Shown here piece by piece: positions 38,790 through 52,419 of a DNA stretch of 64,000 nucleotides. A model generated the notes under the pieces. It saw only the letters and a list, made by a program, of their open reading frames with translations, did not search any database and was not told the origin of the DNA. Position 1 is the first letter of the stretch, and the number at the start of each line of letters is the position of its first letter. The DNA is from Podarcis filfolensis (taxonomy: Eukaryota): assembly GCA_964270895.1 (NCBI GenBank), contig OZ185435.1, one strand, 5' to 3'. The translations under genes were made by a program, and so were the position numbers.

Positions 38790-40799
38790 GCACAGTGCTG
38801 CCAATAACTACCGCAGGACAGAGTTGGTGCACTTTATCCCCATTCTCTCCCATCACATGTTGATTTAACATAGGAAGCAAGTGCCTGAATAGGATTAGGG
38901 CAGTGGGAGCATTGCAAGACTTTGAAAAACTGGACTGTACTCTAGCACAGTAGAAAAGGAGGGAGTGGATACATTCCAACAATATATAAATAGACACTTA
39001 CTTTAGTTTTTCAGGCTGCCCTCCATGAGAGAAAAGGATGGAGCAGAAATCTGAAACACGTTCATCACTCACCAAAGTGCTCATTTTGCTATACACTCTG
39101 CCTCTGTCTATTCCACAGACCCCTGTGCATAAGCCACAAATGCAATGGGCACTGCCTCCTTTGTCACTCTCTTTCTGTGCCTTTGAAAAATGTTGTGCTT
39201 GCATTTTTTCCATTTTTCTCCATCTCTTCCCTGCTATAAAATCAGAGCTGTAAGAGAGAGAAGAGCCCTATGGGCTTGCTGCAGGAATTACTGACAGAAA
39301 ATCTTCTGACCTGTGCCATGCAGAAGGTCAAAATAATTGACCATAATAGTCCCTTCTGGCAGTGAGAGCTATGAAGATACAGAAACTGTCTAGCCCACCA
39401 CATGCTCCTGCTGACATTCCTTATATTGCTCTTATCAGTGCACAAGGCAGGTTATTTCATTTATTTCTCTGTTATAACAAACACCAGCGGTTCCATGGAC
39501 TGACAGACATCAACACTACCTTAATGATCAGCTTGTTTCTCTTTCCTTAATTTTAGCCATTTTCTTGGATCTTTAGAATTGCTCTGTTCTGAAAGAATCA
39601 ATGGGAGCTATAGATTCTGAGTGCTTTTGGTAAGCAGACTTCTATCTATATCCCTCTGGAGGATTCCAAACATTTATTTTACCACTAGGGTTTACATCCA
39701 AATGACATTTACATGCAGTAAGCATGGCTCTGATCCTGCAAAGTATGGAGTACCTCCTTCAACCTTCCATCTTTACTGAAGCCTGCACTAAGCACTTCTG
39801 CATCTTCTGCATGAAATTTTTATGGAGCTTTTGACTGGCTAGCTCTTCTTCAAAGCCTAGATTATAAACCTGAGGAAATGAGAGGTTATAAGGACTGTAA
39901 GAATTGGAAAACTACACATCATCCAAGACACCTGTTAAGGATTTTCTCTCTCTCCTAAATGAACAAGTCTAGCTCATGCTGACATTTGTAGTTATTGGGC
40001 TGTAGATTTCAGAATATCTGGCTTAACTCTTTGCCCATAGATGAAAGCATTCTTCAAACTACTGTTATGGTGCACAAGAGTCCATTTTATTAAAACAATA
40101 AATAAATTGGGGTGAAGGATGAAAACAAGCTATTCCAAGACCTATGCTACAAGAATCTTCTAAAGAAAACTTTCCTTTCTAACCCAACGTCAACCCTTTG
40201 CTGCCTGTTTCAATGTACAGACTTATTCCTTTAATTAACCAGGCATTTAAATCATGGGTTAAGATGAACAAATTGCCAATACATTATTTGCACTGTGTAT
40301 TCAGCATGCAACTTTTTCATTGACTTCAGATTAAATTGCTGCACTTGCCCCAATGTCCCAGTTCTCTGAGCGATGCGAAATTTCAGGTGCGAGCAGTTAC
40401 CCAGGTTTGTGTTTCTTTGGCATGAAGTCACTAGGGCTTAAGACATTTTGTAATGTTTGTATTTATTTTCAGCTATACATGGTGAGGATAGATGGAAGAG
40501 TTCTGCTTAACAACTCCAACAGACACTCAACATTCATCTGTCTCCACATCAGCTTCAGTGGAACAGGCTGCATCCTGAGATGTTCCAGATCTCCAGTTCA
40601 ATTTTCTGTCTTCTGATCTGCCTGGCTCAAAACTTTAAGTCTCATAATTTTATTTTATTTTTCACAGACACTAGTTTAAACACTTCTCTTCCTGCCATAG
40701 TCGGAGGAAGAAGACCAAGTAATTTCTGCCCATCACCTATGCCTTCCTTGGTCATCTTAGCTCCCACTGAGGCACACCAGTTGACAATGGAGTGCACCT

Positions 40800-41130
40800 C
40801 CAGGGGTGAAGTCAAACCAGTGGAGAATCACAATGCCTGCTGTAACTGCAGAGACTTGTAAATGCTGCCTCCTGCATTGTTTTTGCTGTGTTAGAAGCAC
40901 TGGTGTCCTTCCTGGGGCACAAGCCTGAGCAGTGTGTATGGAGGTGCTGGGCTGTCCATGCCTCGGTGATGTGGTCCAAAGGAAAGCAGAGCAATACATT
41001 TGGCACCAGCTTGGCTGCAGGAGTTGCCAGAAGGAGGCGTACAAGGCACCATCCAACCGTCCTAGGAACTCCACTCTGGATTTGTGTAGGGTGTACTCCT
41101 TAGCCTTTTCTTCTCTCCAATATGTCCCAG
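40800..41130. mobile_element. Unclassified lacertid interspersed repeat fragment
   Basis: ggctgcaggagttgccagaaggaggcgtacaaggcaccatccaac...ctccttagccttttcttctc recognised as a frequent lacertid repeat; family not assigned. Confidence 0.4.
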
Positions 41131-41963
41131 AGCCAATTGGGGAGTGGGGTCAAGGGCAGGAAAGCCCCATTGTCATAGCATAAGTTCCTGCACAGGTTTC
41201 CACTAGTAAGTTGAATCCAGCCCATTGAATTTGGCGATATTATCAGAGGATTCCCAACTTCTGTCAAAGGTCTTTTAAATCTTGTATGCAATTATCCTTA
41301 AAAGGATACATCAGCAAAACAAAATAATTGTTTCTAAAGCACCTTGCCATAATACAAAGCAGAAAACTTTGTGAAATATAACAGGCTCCAGAGATGATTG
41401 AATTGGACTCAAGGCTCATTTAATGCTTGTCTACACAGAGTAATAAGTTACCCTTCACTATTTTTACTACCGCCTCTTAGGACTTCTAATTGACATGTCT
41501 GCTTTAATGGAACACTATTGTTTATCCAAATGTATGTCTCAGTAGGTCTGAAACCAAAATGGTATCTCCAATTTCGCAGCTCATGATCTGCAAAAAGGAG
41601 CAGTAATTCTTGGGGGCGGGGGTGCTGCAGATACACTTAAAGTATCTACTATCATCCCATCTGCAGTCCTGATGACAACTGTGGTTTCTAATTCTGACTT
41701 GCAGATTAACCACAGCCAGCCCAGTTGGATCCAGGGGTGGGGGAAATTGGTACAGATGAGAGGAGAATGGGTGGGGGGGAGAATCAGAGGGAGTGTGCAA
41801 CCTGAAGGTAGCCAGACCATGATTTGGCATCAAATGCAAACCAGCCCAATGACTACCAACTCAGTTTAAGATGTATTATACCATTCTGAAAAGAACAGAA
41901 ATGAAAAGTACTTTTACATTTCCCTAATCAAATGCTTCGAGAATACTGACATTTTTAAAGATC

Positions 41964-42070
41964 ATCATAGAATTGCAGAGTTGGAAACAAAGGAATCTTT
42001 CGCCCAATGTGGGGCTTGAACCCATGACCCTGTGATTAAGAGTCTCATGCTCTACCGGCTGAGCTATCTC
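41964..42070 (-). mobile_element. tRNA-Lys(CTT)-derived SINE with CR1-type 3' tail
   Basis: 42001-42068 reads on the minus strand gatagctcagccggtagagcatgagactcttaatcacagggtcatgggttcaagccccacattgggc (tRNA-Lys-CTT-like, mutated). It is followed by ttccaactctgcaattctatgat, a CR1 tail. Confidence 0.8.
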
Positions 42071-45000
42071 TCAAGGGACATGGATGTATAAAGATTTATA
42101 ACAAAAGGCTATATGTAATAATTGCTGGGGTACATGGAGATTAGCAGCTGCTCTATGTTGGGGTTGGGTCAGAGGCACCTCAATGGGTGGATTCCCTTAA
42201 CGTGACTTAATGTGTGAGGGAGGCTTTATTCTGAAGTGAAAGTACATGTTTACTGGGCTACTATGAGGGACAGTCCATTTCAGCACCCACTGCACAGAGA
42301 TGCACTGTACTGTCTGCAGGGAGGCTGGGCAACAGTTCTATTAAGTTCCACCGTTACCTTCACTCTCTGCTTTCAAGAGTGGATTCTATGGCACCTGACC
42401 CCAGTTTTATTGACCAGAATTTGTTTCTTTTCTTCCACGTAAAAGTCAATAGCTGCCACTGACTTCTATGGGAGAAAGTATGCAAACACGGAGCCCCCTA
42501 CCCCGCCTTACCTCAAAAACTGCTCATCCCAGTGCATGGTGCAGGTTTTGCAACCTCTCAAGTGTGCATCAGACTCAAGTCCCACCTTTTTAATTAGTTA
42601 AAATAGTTTATCATTAATGCCGTTGTCACTGTCGTCACAACAATCATTATCTATCTACCTTGTTTTTTCCTGTTAATTAGGTAATAATAAAAACATACCA
42701 AATACAACATAAAATTAGCAATAAGCCACAAGCAGAAGAACTGCAAAAAGAAGCTAGCAGCAAAATAACTTAAAACAATGAGTACCAGCAGATTAACTAC
42801 AAAAGCAGCAGTGTCAAACAACAGGCAGCTAAAATACTCTATTCCCAAAATGCTTAGGGGGGTTATAATAAAAAAAGGCCTTTACATTCCTCTAGAAAAA
42901 CTGGCAAAGAAAAAAGACCTATTTGGGGAGAGAATCACCATGCCTGTGGTGGAGCAACTGCTGAAAACACACACTTTTGTGTAGAGAACTTGTGTGGAGA
43001 ATTTGAGCTAGGAATGTATCATTCAATTTAATAAGCCTATTTTCTTCTTGATAGCTATGTTAACACTTCAAATGACTTCTAAGTTGTTCTAATCTTATTT
43101 CTAATTCTTCTTCATTCTTTATTCTTATTTATTGTTATTAATAATGAAAAATCTTAATAAATAATGGTATGATTCACCACCAAATTTTCATTCCGTACCT
43201 AAAATTCTGCATCTCCACCTCAGGTTCCATGCCACTTCTTGGGTTTCGTGGCTCACAGCCTCCAAATTCCTCTTGCTGCCTAGCCCGTTCTGTTGGTGCC
43301 AAGACTATTGTGACTTTAAGGCAGGGTGTGTACGAGAGGGGTTTTTTTAACCCCAAAATCCCATGGGCCATCTTAACTTTGCCTATGTGTGTTCTCTTTC
43401 CTTCAAGCTATGTGCTCTCCCGAGGCCTCTTCTTCCCACGAGGTGAGGGAAATGCACACACACATTTCTCTTGGGCACAGAAAAGCCATCCCAATAAAAC
43501 CTAAAATGTGTTTGGGCTGTCCCAGAATTTGCAAAGAAAACTGCCTCTAACCATGAGCACAATGCATTTCCTTTGCCAGTGAACAGCTGTAGCATATCGG
43601 CAGCCCCCTGCCCCACAAAATACTTAGAATGAAGGCTTATAGATCATATGCCTGGCATTACATTCACACAGATGAGTTCCAGAACTAGTCTTTTTTGGAA
43701 ATGTCCACACTTTCTTTTCCAACAAAACACATAATGAGAGAATAGGAAACCCATCTCCACAATAACCCCATTTCTGGGTTTCTCCCTTAGAAACCTTTTT
43801 CAACATTTCTGTCAAAACCCAAACCTTGACCCTTTGCCCTCCACAGGCAAGTTCTCTGTTCTTTGTCTCCAACCCATTGCATAAACACAAGATACCATCT
43901 AGGGCACAGTGAGCTCTAGGTTTAAGGTGGTCAGCTGCAAAGTGCCCTCTGCTGAACCTCTCCCTGTGCTGATAGTCATGCACAGCATTGTATTATTCCA
44001 TTGTATTATTGTTATTAATGCCACCCAACAACACACATCTCAGGTGTCAAAGGCCAAGGCAAGAGATGCATCTTCACCATACAACAAGAGCTGTCTACTG
44101 AAGGTGCCAGCTGTACCTCTGATTCCTCTCCCCTTAATCAATCTAATAACAGGATTTTCCTCATTTTTCTTGTCCTTTGGGGCAAGGGTGTGAAGATTTG
44201 TCAAAGTTCAGCTCTTTAATATCACCATGACAAGTGAAGGTCAGCTTTCCTAGCAATGGTGCCATATAAAAAATAGGCAACAGGTGCTTCAGAAGCTGCC
44301 GCATGCTGCCATCTCACTACTATCCATGCTCCAAGGTGGACCAACAAGGGCACATAAAAAGGCATTCTCAGTGGCTTCCCCCTTTCCCTTGAATGCTGTT
44401 GTACAATAATTTTGTTTGGGCTGGCACTCAGAAATGGGGGGGAAGGGAAGGAAACATAGACAACCAGGGTAGCACACACTCTTCTGCAACCTCTTCAGAA
44501 GCACCCCATGGATTCTGATCCTTTAAAAAAAAAAAAGAAGGCAGTATGTATTGCTAATGAAGCTACATGGTAGACTGCCAGCAATAAGAATTTGCTGCAA
44601 AGATTGTCACTGAGGAACTTCACACATAACTAATGCCCGGCATACTTTATACCACTCTCCCTCTCATTCATATTGCTCGTTCTTATTTAGTGTTGTAATT
44701 TCCCTGTTCTTGATCACTTGGAAATTTGCTTAAAAGCAGAAGTGTTCACATAAGTTTTACCAAAAGCCATAGGAGGACCATTTACCAGTGCTGTGTCAGG
44801 GACCCCAGGGCCTGATTCCCCACCTTATCACCTGGCCTGGTCTCTACCTGCAGCCTGGCTTGGTCAGGTGGCTGCAACTGTGTGTGTTCAGACCTCAGAT
44901 CAAGGAAGAGAGTGGTGATCTGCAACATCAGCCCATGGAAGTAGTGGGCAGTATGACACATCTGGGAATGGCCAGGTCTGGCATAAACAATGGGAGCTTG

Positions 45001-47749
45001 GACTTAGTTGACTCTTGCCTGGTAAACAAAGTATCCTCTGTGTGCTGCACTTCAGGCTTCAGCTTCCAACCTCAGCAACTGACATTGGGCACCTTGGAGC
45101 AGAGAACATTCCTTTTGCTCCAGGTCTGGTCAGCTGACCCTCTGACGGCCCTGGCATGTTAGTCCTGTTTGCAGGCAGATTACTCCTGAAGCAGTGAACC
45201 AAAGACATGCTGGGTGGGCAGAAAACCAATGAGGACAAAATAAGGTACAATGAGGAATGAGAAGGTCAAATACACAAGAGCTAGAAAGTGAAAAACCAAG
45301 ATGCCACCTGTGGAGATATGCCCTATTGTTTGAAAATTAGTACTATATATGCAATTTGGGTTTCAACAGAACATGGGATACTTTGATAAGGGCCATGGCA
45401 GTACAGGACAAGGAAGAAACTAAGGTTTGAGCCATGGTGACTGAAGGAAGGATAGAGAATAAGAGCCTAGCAGCTTTGAAGGAAGTCTGAGTATGGCCCA
45501 GAAACTTGGCACACAAAACTGAGGTCAAATTCAATCTTCACCTCTCTACTCCCATGGCTACAAAAATTTTAGTGCATTTTGATCTGCACATTTTTCAAAC
45601 TTTTCTCTTTTACAATGAGAGCTTAAAATGTGATCCCCCCCCCAAACACACAAATGCTACACTGAGATACACAGAAGGCCGGCCTGTTGTGCTACATTGT
45701 CTTGCCTTTGCCCAAAGTTAACACAGAACAGCCACGGCCTGTTTGCTCTGACATTCTTTCCCACCTTGCAAGACACTTGTGAGGAAGGCAGATAACGGTA
45801 CCAAAAACCCCCAGCAACCCACCCTACAACTTGCAACAAGGGGGACTTTGTGAGCAGAATGACCTTCTTCCCATTTCTAAAGGAGACTGCTCTCAAAGTT
45901 TTGAAGCCATGTTTTGAAGGGGATGGGGGTGGGGTGAGCCATATAACTTTTGAGCCGCCTGCCAAAAAATTGCTAAGCCCTTGTAGAGCTGTTGGCACAC
46001 AACAGCCCATTAACTGCATCCGACCTCCCAAAATCTCTTTCATGAGACTGAGGGAGGCATCTGCAACCCTATTTCACATGTAGTGAAATGGAGAAATACA
46101 ATAACACAAGCAAAGGATGCAAGTTATTCAGCCCCCAAATAATATTTTTTCGGAGGGGGGGGGAGGACACAGGAGTTTGTTGGAGCAAAGCCAGGTATTT
46201 GGTGGACAGCTTGTAATACCAAAGAGACTGAGGGTGCAGCTAGCTTGGAAACAACCCTATTGCTCTCTTGTGGAATTCACGGTCGCTGGAGTTATATGCA
46301 ATTAATTGATCTATTTCTGTGATGAAATCCCTCTGAATAGTGTAAATGCTGTCTGCCAAAACACATCCGTTATATTCCCCTCTGGACCTCAGATATATTA
46401 GAGGCTACACAACAGCCCCTGGGCCTTCTTTATCCCCACATCCAGATAGCTATTCCCCCCCCATATGTAAAAGGGGAAGTCGCCATCCATTCTTCCTTGA
46501 TAGATGATCGCAATTTGCTTGTTGGCTGCACCGAGCAGTGAAATCCTGGAGCCCAGCTGGCTCATATTCACCCTGCAGTTATGAGGAATAATTACAGCAG
46601 GTCTGGTGTGCTCAGAGGGTAGTGTTACCTTAGAAAAGGTTACACAAGCTAGAGAAGCTACATGGCCAAAATTTCATCTCCCACCCCTGCCATCTCCATT
46701 CCTGTTTTGACCAAGCAAGCCAAAAGGCTTTTATAGCCTTTTAACTGGCTGTAGGTTCCCTTTAACTCAATTGCCTGAGTGCATCATCTCCTACATGTTT
46801 GCTGATTTCCCTTTTTTATTTTTAAATCAAAGCTCCCATTTCTAGAGCCACCTTCCTTGCCCATATGACATGTACCATCCCCTCTGTCTTCCACCACTCC
46901 AGCCAGCAATCTTGCTCTCCTAGAAGGTCTCCATTGCTGACCTTGTAATTTACAAGGCCCAAGGGAGAGTGAAGCATGAGTTGCTTTCCTCCTCCTTGCC
47001 TGGGTATTATAAACAGCAGCAGAACAGCAGCTGTTTCTTTCACCCCCTTCTTGCTCCCACTTGCCAAAGGAAGAAGCTGGCCTAACGCAGCAGGGGTTAT
47101 AAGAGACCTAGAGGTCCCCCGAAGAGCAGAGTAAGAAGCTGACAAGCGATTCATCTGTGCTTAAGGCTGCTTCCCAAGGGTTTCTCAGGTCTTCCGGTTT
47201 GCAGCTGCTGTATTCATCAAACGATTCCTTTCCATCGAGAGCCAATCAGATCCCCAAAACAAAAAGGCTTCTCACTAAGGGTCAGATGCCAATGCCACAA
47301 GTTCGTAAAAAGGACTCCCGCTGATTCTGATTAGATTCTTATGAAGCATTCTTCCGTGGAGCTCTTAAAATATTGTTTTCAAAGATTACCCTTTGCTGAA
47401 ACTAAGCCACATTCTCAGCTTGCAGAAATATTCACCGTCCCTCCACTGCAGGCAACAGTATTATTACATGCTTCTACATCAGTTGGACTCCAGATGTTCA
47501 CACAACAGTGATGCAACAAATTCAAGTATGCATCTACTTGGAGAACTTCTACTTGGAGAATCCAAACCACATTCCTAGCTTTCATGAGGGGCAAACATTC
47601 TAAAACCTAGCTGTGCCAAAATATTCTAGCCTGTTAAACTGGGAAACAATTCAGTAAAAGCTGTATTAAAGTTTAAAAAGTCCTGCATGAACAGATAATG
47701 CTTCATGGAATATGAGTGTTAGTACAGTCCTGTTAGCACTGAGTTAAAA

Positions 47750-47880
47750 TCCCATGTCAGTCATAGATTCACTGGAAAGCCAGAGAAAGCCACAATTTCT
47801 CAATCTCAGATTATCATCTACAAAAAAAAAGGAGGGATATTAATAACCTACCTCATAGGACTGTTGTAAAGAATAATCCA
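47750..47880 (+). mobile_element. MIR/CORE-SINE-like relic
   Basis: ctcagattatcatctacaaaa...taataacctacctcataggactgttgtaaagaataa resembles the MIR core and tail. Similar relics at ~3200, ~28510-28620, ~29400-29560 and ~53240-53405. Confidence 0.5.
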
Positions 47881-48461
47881 ATACTATTCATGAAGGGCAT
47901 TACAAGTAATGTAGAAAATGACACAATGATGGATGGTGATGGTAGGGATGGCGATGGCACGAAAGAATCCCTAACTCACCAAAATACTTTTAATTACATT
48001 TCTCCCCCTGGCTAGCTCTTTGTCTGCCAGTTGTAAAACTCATTTGCCAACCTTATTAACCATGAAATCGGAAGAGAGATAATCACAAATCTTCAGCAAC
48101 AGCCAAAGCCAATTCAGATCTATAATGGCTGATTCTTCTCATCTTACCCATCCAGATTCCTATATTATTTTCACATAAGAATGCCTGCAGGTTATTAGAA
48201 TGCTCCTTTTCTTTATTCTGTCGGATGCCATTCACAAACCAATATTCATGCTCCACAGCCAAAACATTTGTGCCCCACAAACCAAAATATTCATGCCCCC
48301 CTGGAGAGAAAGTTCTTCTCCTGAACCCAACACATTATGCCTGATAACATGCAAGAAAGAGCAGTTCTCATCAGAGAGCTGCAGTAAATCAGCTTCACTA
48401 TAACGAGCCCAGGTGGAGGGGCACAGACTTTCTCCAGCTATGGCCCCAGAGAGCCTCACTA

Positions 48462-48893
<432 letters not shown>

Positions 48894-49619
48894 CTATATC
48901 CCGGCAAAGTGTGATCCCCTGAGAAAGATGGGGAGGAAGGAGGCAGGCAGGCAGGCAGGGAGGATCAGGAAGGAGAAAGAGGTGGGAGAAAAACAGAGAG
49001 TGCAAGGATGCAGGAATCAGAAGGGAAGAAGAAGAAGAGGGGGAAGAAGAGGATTAAGGCAGAGGATAGGGCAGTACACAATTGGGGAGGAAAAGAGGAA
49101 AGGGAGGACAGCGTATCCAGGCAGGGAGGGAAGAGAGAGAAGACTGTTTACACACATGTACCAACCGCCAAGGAGTATTTCTCCGGCACACTGAGCAGTC
49201 ATTAATGTATGCAGCAGTGTAACAGTTCCTGGTCTCCCTGCAGCTGGGTGTCCCAGCTCCCTCCCGCAGTCTGCTCGGCTTCCCCTCCCTCGCCTCCCAC
49301 ACAGAGCAGCCCCAGAGTTCATCAACACCCCGGGAAAGGCAGGGGAGCTTGACCCATCCGTCTCCTGCTTTCTCCCTCTCTCTTTCTCTTTCTTCTTCTT
49401 CTTCTTCTCCCCCCCAACCCCATTCCCCACTGTCTTCTGTTGATCCCTGCCAAAGTCCTTTGCGGTATTGTCTGACAACAACAACTCCTCTCTGTCATTC
49501 CCTCTCTCTTGCCCCTCCTCACTCACTCAACTCAGCATCAGCTTCCTAGACACTATCAATGAGGATGAGGATGGATTTTTTTAAAAAAAGAGAGAGAAAG
49601 ATTTCCAAAGAGAGGAGCC

Positions 49620-51130
49620 TGGGCTGGGACTAGCAGGCAGTTCCCCAAACCGATCCGCTGCCGGCGTGCCCCTCGCTGCCTCCCCCTCCCTCCCGCGGCG
49701 ACCCTTCTCCTCCTCCCCTCCGTCCATCTCGTCATCCGAGCTCTCCTGTCCCGTGCCAGGATCGAAGCCGGGTGCTGAGAGCCGGGCGGGCGAGGAAAGC
49801 GAGTCTGTCGCGGGAAGAGGCTGCACAGCTGCGACAGATCAGCCCTGCCTTGTCTGTCTTTTGGTCTCTCTCGATTTTGCTGAGTCCTCATCTTTGCTGG
49901 ATTCCTGATGTAATTGACTTTCCCTCCCACCCCCCTTTCACCTGTCAGCAGTTTTCCCGTTTGGACAATGTCGCGCGGTCAGGGGTGGCTGTGGGAAGAG
50001 GAGGAGAAAGGGGGGGGCGGAGAAGAAGAGGAGGAGCAGGGGGGTGTCAGCCTGAAAGAACCCCCCCTCTCCCTCCCTCCCTATCCCATACGCTTTCCAA
50101 TTGGGAAAAGCAGCCTGCTGATAGCCCCACGCTTGCTTGCTTGCTTGCTTGCTTGCCTGCCTGCCCATCTAGCCGCCCATCCATCCATCCATCTCCGGAA
50201 CAGTGGAGAAGGAGGAGGAGGAGGAGGAGGCGAGACTACTCACAAGGAGGGACTCGGGGAGTTGCTGCGTCTCCAGCTCAGCACTGCCTCCGGCTCTTCT
50301 TCTTTTCCCACAACTGGAGTTGGTGGAGGAGGGGAGAGGGGAGCGGGGACAGCAGGGGAGGGGAGCGGGGAAGAGGTCAAGCGGCATCTCTCTCCCCTCA
50401 ATTCCCAATCAGGGCAAGGCGCGCGCACACGCTCATTAGAGCCTTGAGGCTGCCCAGCTCCACTTCACCTCGGCCAGGCGCGCTCGTTGGTGTGCGCTCG
50501 CGCGCTCTCCTCCCCTGCTGCCGCCCTTCTGGCCCCAAGCGCGCGGGGTGTGTGTGTGTGTGTGTGTGTGTATTCGCGGGCGCGCGGGCGCGCACGCGGC
50601 GACCTTCTACACGGGAGCCCAATAATAACAATAATCAAATCTCAAACCCACTCAACTCCCACCTACCTTGTGGAAACGCGGGCCGCCCCCCGCGTCCAGG
50701 CGCAGGCATCGCCAGTTGAATGCCGTCCAGTTGGTCCACAGCGGTGTTTCAGAAGCAGCGGGGAAGCTGAGGGGCCACTTGTGTCCGGGGCGTGCAGAAA
50801 GTCCCTCAGGCAGCAGGCCCGGTCCGGGCCTCCGTGACCGACGCGCATGCAGACACGGGCACGCCGTCCAACATGGAGGTGCGTGGCCAGCAGCACTGAG
50901 GGACTCCTGGCCACCCCCGCCCCGTCCCCTTCTTCAGTCTCCTGTGGGGAGGAGGGTGTTGCCCTGCTGACGCGAGCGCCGAGGGGCAAGGGGCGCTCTG
51001 TGCGCTCCAGTCATGGGGAAGAGATCGAAATTAGATAAAGATCGAATGTCGCCTGCGCGGGCGGCGGACACACGCAGACACGTATCTGTACAGTCGTGTC
51101 AGAAGCGCCCCGCTGGCCCACAGAGCTGGG
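49620..51130. promoter_or_regulatory. CpG island / IFITM10 promoter and 5' exon region
   Basis: Very high GC and CpG density compared with CpG-depleted flanks. GC boxes (ccccgcccc ~50915), NRF1-like GCGCATGC (50843-50850), minus-strand donor AAG|GTAGGT at 50667/50666. Confidence 0.8.
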
Positions 51131-52212
51131 GAACCAAGAGAGAAGTCTGGCAAGAGAAGGGGAAATGGGAGCTCGAACTCGTTTCCTGTGGAAAGATGAG
51201 GGAGGTCAAAGAGTTACGGCTAAACGAGAACAAAAAAGTTGAGGCCTCAGTGGATTTGAGGGTGGCGCACTCTCCGTACCGCCCAACACAAAGCAAACCC
51301 AGCCGACATCCCAACTGGAGAGAATACTGTATAGGAGAATATATATATTGCTAACAATTACTAGCATGAATTCATCATATTTTGAACTGAAACTAATAGT
51401 CTGGGTTAAATGTAAACAAAAAGCAGAAGTATCTTTTGCTAGCTCCATTCTGGGTTTCTTTAAAAATAAAATAAAACAAAAGCATCACTTTTTATATCCA
51501 AACAGTCTGGGGGTAGTGCCAGCCATTCCTGTTTTTTTCCTTTTTTAACAGCCTCTGTTTCGGGTACTTTCCTGAATTCTTGCACTTCTTGTCAAGGTTT
51601 TGGTCAGATAATGTACTGTCGTCCTTCTATTGGTTTGCTCTTTTCAGACTGGGATTTCTATCCAGAGTAATTCTGTAAACTGTGTTTCCTATAAGAATCC
51701 CTTTATTCTCTGAAGTACGCCACTTTCAGTTTGACCTTTCTATATATATTAATAGATCCATGATAGAGTATTTTGACTGGTTTTCACTGTTCCAGCAGAT
51801 TCCTTGTACTCCATTTGCGGATAAGACTATCGGAGCCACATTGGTTGTCTCAGAGGGCAGCGTGCCTCTGAACTGAATACCACTTGCTGGGAATCACAAG
51901 TGGGGAGAATATTGTTGCATGCAGACGCAGGTCCTCCTTATGAACCTCTATAGGCATCTAGTTGGTCATTGTGAGAACAAGATGCTGAACTAGATGGACC
52001 TTTGGCCTGATCCAGCAGGGCTTCTTATGTCCTTATGTAACTTTGAGGTTCGTTTCATTTCAGTATGTTTTCTTACAATAGCTGGCCAGACACGGACAGG
52101 AAGCATACAATGGGGACATGGTGGCAACAGCCCTCTCCTGGGGGTTATTCATCAGTGATTGGTATTGAGAAATATGCTGCCTCCAGATCTGAAGATAGCA
52201 TGTAGCTAACAA

Positions 52213-52306
52213 GCTGCGGGAGTCAGTGGAAGACAGGAGTGCCTGGCATGCTCTGGTCCATGGGGTCACGAAGAATCGGACATGACTAAACGACTAAACA
52301 GCAACA
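52213..52306 (+). mobile_element. BovB LINE 3'-end fragment 1
   Basis: gacaggagtgcctggcatgctctggtccatggggtcacgaagaatcggacatgactaaacgac followed by a CAA-type tail; recognised as the BovB terminus. Confidence 0.85.
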
Positions 52307-52336
52307 TGTCTATTAGTAATCTTGTATTCCGTGAAT

Positions 52337-52419
52337 AGGAGCACGACAGGAGTGCCTGGCGTGCTCTGGTCCATGGGGTCACGAAGAGTCGGACACGACT
52401 AAACGACTAAGCAACAACA
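52337..52419 (+). mobile_element. BovB LINE 3'-end fragment 2 with 11-bp TSD
   Basis: Same terminus (gtcacgaagagtcggacacgact) with a (CAA)3 tail. TSD ATTCCGTGAAT at 52326-52336 and 52420-52430. Confidence 0.88.

Noticed and set aside
42001-42068. Functional tRNA-Lys gene
   Set aside because: Stem-disrupting substitutions, a degraded 5' acceptor stem and a CR1 tail instead of an oligo-T terminator indicate a SINE.
48894-48899. Stop-codon readthrough of the in-frame TAG in IFITM10
   Set aside because: The context TAG-TTG does not match known leaky contexts (UGA-CUA, UAG-CAR-YYA); ACG initiation or an alternative acceptor is simpler.
49772-50719. 315-aa and other long ORFs in the CpG island
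   Set aside because: GC-rich, stop-poor DNA with microsatellite-derived peptide runs, overlapping in many frames; no domain recognised.
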